64,000 bases of DNA, taken from the human T2T-CHM13v2.0 reference genome, Homo sapiens. Below are positions 10,185 through 24,289 of this stretch, piece by piece; the first letter of the stretch is position 1, and the number at the start of each line of letters is the position of its first letter. Made by a program: the position numbers and the translations under genes. A model generated the notes under the pieces. The model worked only from the letters and a program-made list of their open reading frames with translations, did not search any database and was not told where the DNA came from. The stretch lies in assembly GCF_009914755.1 (NCBI RefSeq), contig NC_060936.1. One strand, 5' to 3'.

Positions 10185-10575
10185 ATAGTAGTTGTCAGAT
10201 GTATTTGTGAAATATTTGAAACTTTTCATCTTCTGGGTTCAGGATAGGAGGGCACTTTCTCCCCATTTTTGAACCTAGGAACAGGCATGTGACTTGTTTT
10301 GGCCAGTGAAATGTAAACCGACATACGCCACTTTCAGGAAGCAATTTTAAAACTTAATGCATGAATTACCACATTGTTTTCTATGATTATAGAGCATGTA
10401 TTCAGATGGTGGCAGCTCCATCAGTCTGTGTTGCAGAATTAGAGAAACAAACAGAGCCTCCAAATGACCTGCACTGGACATGTAGTGTGAGTGAGAAACA
10501 CATATTTGTTGTTTAAGCGACTGAAACTGGGATTATTTTTACTACTATGTTGTAACGAAGACTTTCCTGATTAAA
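10185..10575 (+). mobile_element. Old MLT1 solo LTR (I/J/K-like)
   Basis: CATGTGACTTGTTTTGGCCAGTGAAATGT and GGACATGTAGTGTGAGTGAGAAAC...TTTAAGCGACTGA motifs. Confidence 0.7.
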
Positions 10576-11801
10576 CCACCCTGCCATTAAAAGTCACATG
10601 TGCACAAATGAGAGCATATGTCAAATCCAGGAGAAAGCTATCCCTAAGGTTATCTTACTTTATCTCATGAGATCATCTGAAAGTTTCATGTCTGCATGCC
10701 AAAATTTAGCTTGCTAACATTTAACTTGACATAGCTCCCTAGACATAGGAAAAACTAAAATACTCTAAAACCTGATCTGTCATAGTGACACTGTTCCTCA
10801 CAGGAATTTTATGAAGGGACAGGAAAGGAAGGGGTAGAATAGAGCTGTAATTCCCTCCTGCACATCCAGCAGAGTTTATGCTTAATAAAAAAGCACAAAA
10901 TATATATTCAATGACACAAAGTACCAACCATCAAAGGATGGAAATATGCTAGTACTGTTACATCAAAGTTTGGTTGTCATGCTTTATCTGAAAGGACTAA
11001 ATCAAATTATAAATTGGAAGGAAATGATAAAAGGTGTTTTTTTAAATGTAAGAAATCTTAGGAAAACAAAAATACATGTCAATTTTTTAAACACTAGGAC
11101 TGCAGAAACTCTATTATTGTGATTTTCTGGATATTCAAGATTGCCTTGTAGGGCCTGATGTGGAATTTAAAACTATATTACACATTCCACCTAGATAAAC
11201 CATTAGGAAAAAATTCTCATGACTTGTAAATCATTGAAGGCTTTTATTTTTCCCATTAAATAGTCTTGTTGACATATTAAAATCTATAAGATACTCAGAT
11301 TTTACCAATCATCTTCAAAATATAAAATGGTATGCTGGCAATACATTCAAGATTACCTGAATATTTTGGTAAAATATGACAGTATTTCTTTACAGCAGTG
11401 CAAGAATGGACTAATATAAATTGAATCTTGGTGCACCAAATACATTTGTAACCTTCAGATTACTTTACAGCCTTGGTTGAAAGTGCATATTATGGAAGCA
11501 TATACTTGGAAGTTATTTTACAACTATGCATTAAAATGAATTTTCAATATCATTTAACATTTTATGGTATGATTTTAATGGCTGTTCTCCTAAATACCAC
11601 CACTATTCAAATTTACTTTTGAAGACAAATGTAGTGTTTTTAACTTTTTATCAGCCTTTCAGATGCAGAAACTTTAATTCTGTTCTGTGTGGCTCTTGCT
11701 TGGAGATAGAGTCTATAAAATATTTTCATAGGTTGGCAATCATTAAATACATATTTATTCATTGGGTTGCTGTGGTTGTATTTTTGCAAAATTTCTACTG
11801 A

Positions 11802-12106
<305 letters not shown>

Positions 12107-12874
12107 TATTGAGTTTTTTTTAAGGACTTTAAATGGTGCCTATGTTTTTATGTCATTTTCTTTCAGTTTCCACTTCATTAAAGTTTCTTAAGTACTTCAC
12201 TTAGCATGGTCTGCAAGTTATCCTTCAAAAAACAAAAGTTACAATAACCCTGCTTCTAAGACACTGATCCAATCTTTCAGTTCTGTAACTTTAGCCTTTT
12301 ATGTCCTTGTATATCTTTTGTAACAAAATTTAACACACCAAGATTTCCACAAGATCTAGTAGTATTTGGCAGATAATAATGCATGTGTATGTTTGAATAT
12401 CTTCTGGAGCCAGGTTTCCTAAGATTTCTTTCAATAATGGCATATAGTCTGTCTTTAGTGGACTAAACAAACTGCAACATTTGAGAGTGTAACTATTTAT
12501 AAGCAAATATATTACACGATTGACATTTTACAATCCAACATTTCATACTAGCTAAGCAGCAACGAAACTGCAATGCTTACCCAGCAAAGGATCATAGCAC
12601 TGCATATATTTAGTAATCTTCAAGGAAGCTGCAATCAGATGTTATTACAATTCCAATAGAAACAATTACCTTGAAATGTCATTACAAATTTTTATACAAA
12701 TTACTCATAATTCTGAGGACTTTTAATGTGTTTTTTCTATGCTGTTCTGTATAAGAAAACTACTTAGAATATATTTATAGATGTATATACAACAGTTACA
12801 AAAGTCAAAAATTGGCCAGTTTGTAGATTGTGCCTAGGTTAACACTTTTCAAACAAACAAACAAAAAATCTAAC

Positions 12875-13165
<291 letters not shown>

Positions 13166-13324
13166 AAACACATAAATTATTCTTCATTAGGAATTTGTTA
13201 AACCTGTCAAAGTGATAAAGTGGGTATGTTCATTTATTCTTTGGGCTAGTTTTCTTTCCTTGACCTTTTAATAAAGTCAACTTAAGAAATAAACTGTCAG
13301 TAAGGCTAGGTTTCTTATTCCCCT

Positions 13325-13773
13325 TGTTACCAAAATGCCAGGGGGTTTGGTCTAGATCCTGTTCCTTGCTGTACAGAAAGCCAGTCACTGAGACAATGAG
13401 TATTGCCATGAAAGAAAGGCTTTAATCAGGTGATATCAGCTGAGGAGATGAGAGATAAGTCTCAAGTCCTCTCCAATCAATTAAAATTGGGAGTTTATAT
13501 AAAAGGGAAGGAATGGAGCTACATGTGGGAAAACGGGAATAACGGAGGGGGAAGGAAGTAATCATGATGAATAAGGGGTCTGTTGTCTCATTGTCTGGAT
13601 GTGGTGACCTGGTGAGTTTCAGTTCCTTGATACTCAGAGCCCTGAGTTTTTGTTTTCTGAGGAAGGAACTCAGGCAATGTACATTTCAATCTTTAAGACC
13701 ATGAGGGTCAATATCTATGTTTATTCCAAAAGATCATAAACATCAATTCTACGGGACAATTGGGGTGGTTTCA
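13325..13773 (-). mobile_element. LOR1-like 3' LTR (ERV1/MER4 group)
   Basis: TGTTACC...TTTCA termini, homologous to 21027-21475; purine tract GGAAAGAGGGGAC adjacent on the minus strand. Confidence 0.85.
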
Positions 13774-15934
13774 GTCCCCTCTTTCCACTTATCAGTTCCT
13801 CAATCCTGGGGAAGCTGGTCATCAATCTTTCTGGCTGCTTTATGCTGAAGAGGAGGCATCCTGGAATAATGATGAGAAATGAAAATTTCACACCTATAAT
13901 TGTCAGTACTCATGAGTACCTGGCTGCCATCCAGCTTGTTGGAGCACCATGGTCTTTGTACCTTTATTTGGTTTCAGAAGAACATTTTAAGCCACATTGA
14001 GATTGGATGATTAATAAGATAGATAGACCAAATTTTAAAATACCAAAGAATATGGAACAGATCTCCTGGGGAATCCAAGAGAACAATCCTAAGCCTATGA
14101 AAAAGTCTTCCTAATTCATTATATCTTGCATGCAAAGAACCAGGGTTTGGGAGAGAAGAATAACCTGAAAAGTGCATGTTCCCTTTCTGAAGTCTTATCT
14201 AGGGCCTTGACTGGACTTTGAATGTTAACTTAAGCCGGTCCGAGGGTTCACAAGAAAATCACTGTTTTCCTTGGAGGGATCCCAAAGGGACTGGTTTTCT
14301 CTAAGTATGAAGAATCCATGGCTTAACACCAGCTAACTTGACAGATTAGTATGAATGGTCAGCAGCACCTGAAAAGGGCTAACCCATTGTGGTTGCAGCT
14401 GGTCTTCAGACTGGTGGGATTTCTAGGTCTTCAGCATGATTTTGCCCTCGGCTTCAAAGAGTGGAGGGACACATCTGTAGGAAACGGGTGCCTGTTGGAA
14501 GCAAATTCAGAGAGACTATTAATATATTTCCCAATCATTTTACATATGATTTAGTTTCTGTTTCAGGGGAGGAAAAAATCTTCAGGGGTCAGAGAAATGG
14601 TCTTCCATACAACATTTCAAAGGAGCTAAGACCCAACCTACTTCTGGAGGCTATTCATATCGTCGGCAGGGCAGGGGGCAAGAATTTTTCCCAGGTATGA
14701 TTTATCTCTTGGAAACTGGGGTCCCCTTAGCCACAAGTAGGTCTGTTCAGTTGATAGGGTGCTTAGAACTTTATTTTTAGGTTAGACCCTTTTGGTCAAG
14801 ATATGCCAGAGGCAGCAATGATGTCCAGTCTCTTATTTTGCTCCATTTCTTTGCTGGGTTGGTGTGGCTACCTACTTGGGGTCTATTCTGTCCCTTGCTG
14901 GGACCCCTATAGCCAGAAGACTTAGAGTCAAAAGACTTATAGCCAATTCAATGTTCCAGGCAAGACAGGAAAGGAGGTGGTCAGGCACTCATTACCCCTT
15001 AAAATGCTTTAAAAAACATGAGAGCAAAAAACCAAAAGCCAAAAAGAAAGGTTAATACTGCTGTCATCATAAAGCCAGTTCCCCATGGCTTGCATATGAA
15101 GCATATCAACTGCTTCATCTGGGGTGCTCCACTTGGCATTGATAGGTGGAACTGGACAGTTTCTTTTCTCAGAGTAAACAGATCTTGCAGTGCCTTTCCA
15201 TCCAGTCCACCAGGCTGGCTGTTCTCTTGAGAATAACGTCCTCTGTGTCTGGATTATATACACCCATCTGCAATTGTTCAATTGTGAGCTGTGGGTCCTG
15301 CACAAATATACTCCTTCATTCTGTAGCATTTAAAACCAAAGACATTGCTCTTAAGTTAGTAACTTTCACAATACATTTTAGTAAAGGTTCATCAGAATGT
15401 TGATGATAGCAATCTACAAAATGGAACAATTCCTTCGTGTTATACCTTCTGGTTTCAGTAGTTACCTGGTTTTGCCCTTCCCCTACACTAGCTATCTTGT
15501 TAGAAACCACATGTCTCAGAGTTACTTTCTGGCATAATTTCCTCTTTTGTGGGTAATTTTGAGGCTAGTGATCTGAGCTCAGACAGGCCCATATCTGAGC
15601 TTGGTCCAGCCTCAAGGCCATCCCAACACTCTCTTACTTTTGTTTTAGCTATCACAGATAACAATAAACAAGGGAATAATATTTTACTTTTTCCTTATTA
15701 GTTTGAGTTTTCTTATGCATCCATGCATCTCTAAATCCTACTGGTAACTTTTACCTTTAATAACTGAATGCAGAACATTTGCAGATCCATACCATGGGTG
15801 ACCATATGGCCACCCATGAGTCAAAGGTTAATATAGTACTTTTCTTCTGAAACATAATTGTTGTCTCTCCAGTCCCTCACTTTTACCAAAGACAAATCAT
15901 AGTAGAACCAATTTATTTGCAAAAATATGTTTTA

Positions 15935-16235
<301 letters not shown>

Positions 16236-17928
16236 TTAGTCTTATTGTATTTGTCCTGATTATTTGCATAAAGTTTAGCAAGAATTATTGTTTACGTAGG
16301 TTCTTTTCAATCAACTTTGCAGGAACTTTTTCATAAGGAATCTTAGAATTGACTTTTAAAGGCTTCTTGAGCCCAGACCAGCCAAGGATTTATCTGTGTC
16401 GGAAAATACCTGTATGAATTCCTTTTTTCTCTAAGTCCCAAAGTAACTTGAGATTCCTGGGCCTGTCAGAAAGTGACATCCTTTACATACCACAGGTCAG
16501 GAACCCTGTGAGGAACTACATAGACAAGGTACAAGGTCAGTCTTTCCAAGGGACGTTTATTACTTTATATAGTCAAATTTGGTTTCTCAAAACAGTCTGC
16601 CTATATGTGAAAATATGTCATTTCAGTAAAAGCCTTGGTAAAAAATAACCAGTGTCTCCAATTTTGTTCTGTTATTAAAAAAAGATTTTCATTTAACTTA
16701 TGCAAATAACTATGTTTCCATAAATTAGGAATATTCACAAATAGTTTCTGAATTCTGTAGAAATCAGGTAGAGAGATAAATATGCTTCAAATTTTGTTTA
16801 CAAGAGTATACTCTACCCAATTGTTAAAGGCTATAAATAGCTTGAAAGAAAAAAGTTTTCTTGACTCTGAAAAACAAAACAAATAATCAGCAATGTTTCC
16901 TATAAAAAAGGCATAAAAATTTCAGTTCCATATTAGTTCAGTCCATGTAATTAACTCCTATTTTACTTAATATTGGATCAGCAATTCTCCTGAATACATC
17001 ACCTCTTCAATGAGAGTCCTGGAAGTTTTCTCTCTAGTCCAATGGCGCAATCTTCAGAAGTTGTCAGAAACCTGCATTCAAGAGTCATTTTTATGAACTC
17101 CCCTAAAGAAGCAAGTTTTGGACTTCAGCTGATTATAAACTGCTTTTTAAGAGGAATCAGAGTAAAACAATAATTTGGAAGACAGAAGTCTTAGGACAGC
17201 CATGGTTAAAGATATAATTGACAAGAAAATTTAATTATTTCTGTGGCATACAACAGTTTAATATAACACTCATAATTACTATTGATGACATATACTATGA
17301 TATATCAGAATTTTAGGAGTCTCATAGAATTTCGGAATACATACTAACAAACATATGGAAATTTATATATTTATATAAATATAACCCAAAGAAAATTAAG
17401 CAGTTTTGGACCCAAGGGACCCCAGCGTCCAAAAAGTTAGTCTGAGATTTAAAAGAAGACGGAATTCAGAATTTTGAATTTTGATATTGGAAAGTTTGGC
17501 AAATGTCAAAACTTTTATCTAAGTGTTTCAAGTTTTATCTAAGTGTTTCAAACACTTAATGTCATAAAATCGCATTACAGGTCACCATAAAATAGTAATC
17601 CACTTAGCCAGAATGATAACGCAAAGATTTCAAAAAAACAAAAACCATTACTCTTTGATAGAGAGTAGACTGAGTTTCCCCTCGAAAAAAAACCTAATAA
17701 AGACAGCATAAGGCCAATTAAATCTGTTTCTCTCTCTGCTCTTTTATTTTTTGGAAGTTTACTCAAAAGTTAATCGAAAATATTTTATTATCTCTTACTA
17801 ATATTACACAAAAACATTGTTCATAAGAGAAAAAATTTACCTCTGTATTGTGTATTAATAATGCTAAAGCTAATTGTAATGAGGGCTTGTAAATAAATCT
17901 AATTTTAATCAATTTGACCATAAGATAA

Positions 17929-18255
<327 letters not shown>

Positions 18256-21026
18256 TGATAGTCCCTGGGTCTACAGGGATTGGATTGTTTTAATTTATGG
18301 CCCTGTGTCTCATGAAAGCAGTTCATTTTGATGTTCCCTTTCTCCATATTTGAAGACAAGGCTTTAACTGATGTCAATTTCAAGATTTAGCGGGTGTCAG
18401 TGCCCTTTTCAGACCCAGGATTCAAAGCTCTATAACATATTAATAACAGCACAAGGACTTTAAAAGCAATAAAGAAAGTTACATGAATATAAAAAAAACC
18501 TTAGTTCTTTTAAATCTCAGTTTTCCTAAGCATTCAAAAACCTAATAACAATGACATAGACATTCTCTCCATAAAATGTAATATCTGTTGGTTAGGCCAG
18601 CAGCCAGAAGGGAAAGAAGGACCTGCTACAGTGTGATTGCATCTCCTCATGGGAAGTCCATTTGGATAACCTGGAGGTCAAATCTGATGAAAGGGTACTT
18701 GAATTAATGAAACACAGGAAGAATGCGTTCAGGGCCATGAGTGAACATAATATCAATATTATAGAGGAAACAAGAAACTAGAAAAATAGCACCTTAAGCA
18801 GGGAAATCAAGTTATGCTAGAGGAAAACACTGCTTTTATAGACTTTTCAGATAAACATTTTAACATCAGGCCACAATAGCAGTTAGAACTTGAGGAAAAA
18901 AATACAAGAGCTGATGAAAAAGTTGGAGGAGAGAGTTACTTCAGGCCTTTTCAAGAGGAGCAAAAAAAGCTGAAAGCAGCAAGACACAATCAAGTGGCAC
19001 TTCTGAGATACAAATATGAGAAGTTTTCAAAAAGAAAGATTATAGAATCAAAATAGAAGTCTCTTTTATTTACATCAAATCAATATTTTAAGAAAATAAT
19101 GTTTTAACATAGAGAACCAATCTTTAGAAAACTATTTTAAATAATTCCCCTTTAATTATAGCCAACTTAATCACATATGAAATTCCTTTCATAAATTCTC
19201 TTTTCATGAACCATATCATGATTTATACAGATCATCTATGACATGCTTGCACTTTCTGATTTGACACACTTTATATGTAGAATTCTTATTTTTAGTAAAC
19301 TTAAATTTTAGTAACTTAAATTTTAGTGAAACTGCAGGAACCAAGAAATCCTGAACTATCAGGTTTACTAGCATTTTATAAATAAAATCACTCCACAATT
19401 TTTATAAATGTTTTCCCATATTATAACCCTTTCTTATTTAGAAATGACCCAGACATCCAACAAACATCTATTATTGAATCAAAATAACTTTAAGATTTTA
19501 AATTCCACAAAAAGTTTACCTATAAGCATTTATCCCATTTACATGTATTCAGTTCTTTCATCTTCAACAGTTTATATGAATTACTTCTGAAAATTAGATA
19601 TTAGACAAAACTACTCATCATTTCAAGTTATCTCCTCATTAATCATTTTTTATAGTCTGTGACTATCAGGTGTTCACACCTGATATTCAGGTGTAAGAAC
19701 GTTAACACATGGGTATTTTTCTGATAACTCAGAAGATTCAGCTGTTGTTTTCATTGAACCAACAATATTAAATTAGTCTTACTTGTCAAAAAATCACACA
19801 AAGATAATTCTGTTTTTGTTTGTGTTTATAATTTTATAAAAACAGTGGCACCTTAAAATATCTAGGAGAGACAAATATAAAATCTGGACAAAAATGTATG
19901 CTGACAATTCTGAAGACATTTTTATTCTTATCTTACCAATAACTTTAAAGCCAGCTTATTTAACAAAAATGTACTTAAGAGACATGAACTGGAAAAATGC
20001 TTGAACTTATTTACTTAATTTATGATTGCTCTTTTATTTACAAGCCAATTTGGTACTCTGTAAAAACAACACATAACATCCAGACATGTATACTCACATA
20101 AAAACAAAGACCCAATAGCTTTCATCTTAGAAGTATAGCCATGAGAGAGCAATATAATCTCATAGGTTTATAAACATGTTCACATGGCTGAATTTGGTTT
20201 GCCCTAATAGGTAATTCAATAGAGGCTGTGAACATAAGTTTAGGGTAAAGCAGTTTCCAAAGCAGTTTGATTTTTAAAGGCCAAACCTCCCCAACCTCCA
20301 AAGAACACTGAGACTAATCAGCACCATAGAACAAGATACTAATCAATCAGGCTCAATCCTGCTTAGAACAGCAGCATAAAAGCCTAGATATACAGACCTC
20401 CATCCCACTTTCCCATTCAACAGCAAAATTAATCCAATTGTAAGCTCTGCAATTCAAAGACCTTGTGCGATGAGATCAGGCATGTTCAGAGTAGTATGGC
20501 TGAAGACTTTCCCTTACTCCATCAACCCTCAACTACATTCTGGCCAACTCTGAAGAATGCACCCCAATGGGCTGCTCTCTGGGATCAAACCCCAACCTCC
20601 CATGATTATGATGACACACACACACACAAACTGTCACAAAAACACAATCCAATCTGTAGCAATGAACAAACCACAAGAGTGTCAAAACTGAAATAGTCAA
20701 GGTGCTTCCTCTTTCCATTGGTCGGGCTTGTTCAACCTGCAAATGGTAACTCCTTTGGAATTTCCCAGACTGAGAGAAGGCAATCCTTTGTCTGGTACCC
20801 ACAAAAGACACCTATCCAAATATAGATGTCAAATTTCAATAGCTGTTCTTCCTAGGCAATCAGGAGAGTGGTTGGGGCTGGTAGTGGTGGATCCGAAGAG
20901 AGAGAAACCAAACCCACTTCTGACCAAAAATGGGCAGGCAGCTGCTTAGGAGAACTTCTGAAACTCTCCCAGCACATAGCAGCTGAGCCATGAGCAATGC
21001 ATTCACAGTCAAGGAACAACAAAATT

Positions 21027-21475
21027 TTTTATCAAAATGCCAGGGGATCAGTGTAGGTCACATTGCTTGCTGTGCACAAAGCCAATGACTGAGACAATGA
21101 GTATTGCCAGGAAAGAAAAGCTGTAATTGGGTGATGTCAGCTGAGGAGATGGGAGGTAAATCTCAAAGGCTCCTCAACCCAACTAAATTCGGGGGTTTAT
21201 ATAACAGAGAAGGAATGTAGCTACATGTGGGGAAACAGGAATTAGAGAGGGGTAAGGAAGCAATCATGATGAATACAGGGTTTGATGTCTCATCTGGATG
21301 TGGTGATCTGATAAGTTTTAGTTCCTTGATACAGTTTCAGAGGCCTGAGTTTCAATTTCCTGAGGAAGAAACTTGGACAATGTAAGTTTCAGGTTTTAAG
21401 ACCAGGAGAATCCATTTCTATGTTTATTGAAAAAGACCGTAAACTTCATTCTATGGGACAATTGGGCCAATTTTA
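21027..21475 (-). mobile_element. LOR1-like 5' LTR
   Basis: CTGAGACAATGAGTATTGCCA, CAGCTGAGGAGATG and GGGACAATTGGG blocks shared with 13325-13773. Confidence 0.85.
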
Positions 21476-22074
21476 CTTTCTCACACAAGAGAATATTTGA
21501 ATACAAAATGGTCTGGTTTCTGTTGTGTAGTACTATTAAGCATTGACTTTCAAATTCAAAGCTGAACATTATTATATTCCTAATGGGAGTTCTTTGCAAG
21601 AGTAAAAAAATTGGGGATATAGCTTGACTTCTGTCACAAACAAGTTTTATAAATTGGAGAATCTCACCTAGTCTATCTGAGGCTGTTTGAACATCTGCAG
21701 AAGAAATGGGCTTAATTAAGGGTTGTGAAGTTTGCTCCAGCTTTGCATTCTGTAATACATAATAAAGCTTCCTTTGTTACAGTTACTCATAGGGGTTCTT
21801 AGCATTCTTAAACATAAGATTTGTTATATGTGAAGATAAGTTGGTTTCTTAGAGTTACCAGACAGTTTTAATCCTAAAATCCATGTTCCCGAATCTGAGC
21901 ATGGTAAAACATTATATATTACAATTATTGAATATAATCATGCAACTGATACTTTCTTCACCTGTAAGCCAATCATTAGCCTGTTTGCACTTAAATCTGT
22001 TCCTTTTCTCCTCCTGCTTTGCTGAGTGTTGCAGAGGCTGACCATAGTGATCTGTGTTTTCTAGGCTTCCCTGC

Positions 22075-22535
22075 TGTGGCAGCCACAGAGGGTAAGATGC
22101 CCTAAATGCCCATACCCCCTTCAAGAGTGACTCTGCCACAGGAAGGTCAGGACACCAATAGTACCCAGCTGTGGTGCCTTCAGGATCTGCCTTAGCTTTG
22201 GAGCTGAGGTCCCTTGCTACTTAGGATGCCCCCAACCTCAATGACTGAGCATGGAGGAATACAAGACCCCTCAATTGTAATCTATGTTCCAGAGTAAACT
22301 ATTGGGCTGATCAAGTCTTTCTCAGAACTCTATCACAGTTGGGGCTCTCACTACCCAGTCCTTTGATCTGCCCCCATTCCTTTCATAAGCCTCATTTCAG
22401 TATCAGCTCTCAAGTCCTTCCCTACATACTCTTTTTCCTTCTCCACTTTATCTTTCATAGGCATTACCTCTATTAAACCTCTTGTACATCTAAATTCATC
22501 TTGGCATCTACTTCCCAGAGGACATGAATTATACA
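22075..22535 (+). mobile_element. LTR16-like ERVL LTR, probably nested in an LTR33-like relic (~21980-23050)
   Basis: 3' end ATTAAACCTCTTGTACATCTAAATTCATCTTGGCATCTACTTCCCAGAGGAC resembles LTR16. Confidence 0.55.
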
Positions 22536-23893
22536 TCTGTCAGTTGCTTCTGACTACCTTCAGCCAATGAGATATACTGTATGGGGCTTGCAGGGAGGAA
22601 CCAAGAGTGACACTGGGGAACAATTTCTCTCTCTGCTACAGGAGGCATCCCAGTTGTGGCTGTACGTTCACCATGATGCCAGCTGCTGCCCCATAACCAC
22701 TCTCTCTGTGAATCTCTGTTTCTGTCAAACTAATTAGCTTCTAGTATCCAATAATATTACCTTCTCCCAATGTATTCATGGGTATGAGTGGCTTCTTGCT
22801 ATTGTTATCTTGTTTACCTCACTAGTTTCACTGCCCTCAATCTGGAAGATAAACATCTGGCAAAATAGGGTTCTTAAAAAGCACTGTTTTACAGAATACT
22901 TCGGCATCCTCCTGTTGCCGACCTTGGATCTGAGTCACTTGAAGGAAAGTCTGTTCTCTCTCTGTTCTCTAGCTTTCTAGTAATTTTCTTTCAAATTGTC
23001 TCTTGGAATTGGCTTTTCTAAGCCCAGCATTCTTGCTCTTCTGATAACAAATTCCCTCCCTCTTTTCTTTTACAAGACGTTCCTTCTCTCCCTAGTAGTG
23101 ACCCAAATTGAAGGTATGGCATGAAACCTAACCTTGACCAACCAGAATCCTTTTCCAGGAACTGCTAGGGATGCAGAGGAGAGAGCAATCACCATTTGCC
23201 TTTGCCATCCTGTATGTACCGGGGTCTATTTTGTAAAAAGAGCCTGTGAATGGGGCCAACACCAATGGAGGCTGACCTAAAAAATGCCTGATAACATTTT
23301 TTATACTAAACTCCTGGATAAATTTGGAAGAGAACAATATTAATACAAAGTACAACCCAACTCATAAAACTCTCAAGTTGTAAAAGTCTTTTCTGACTGA
23401 TTGAAAGGAAGTTTTGAGTAGAGTGGGAGGAAGGGATGAGTAGGGGGTTGTTGGAGATAAAGTTAATTTGGGTCACAGATATAAAGAATGAGAACACATC
23501 TTAGTGTCTGGATGGTTGCTGAAGATGGAGGGAACTTGGAAAACTGAAACCCAGCATATGTTGATTTATCTCCACATTTTCATTTCTGAGTTTCTGGCTC
23601 TTTCTGACACTTATGATGTCTGTGGCATCTATTCTTTTTATTACATTGTTACAAGTCTTTCCTAACCCTTTGAAGTCAGAACGCTTTGCTTTCACTACCA
23701 CTTCATGCTGACATCTATGACTAAGCTCCCTGGCTGCTTGGGGATTTTTTTTAACCAGATGTCATAAATTACAGAAATGGAGGTTGCCAAAGATTAAACT
23801 GTTTATCAAACAAATAATGAAACACATTATTTGTGTTAGGAAATAAAATATATCTTAAATGTCTATGAAAGAATTGTTGAAAATGACATCTAA

Positions 23894-24289
<396 letters not shown>

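Noticed and set aside
17513-17552. Short tandem duplications in old elements (also 25994-26032)
   Set aside because: Ordinary slippage duplications of about 20 bp with no functional hint.
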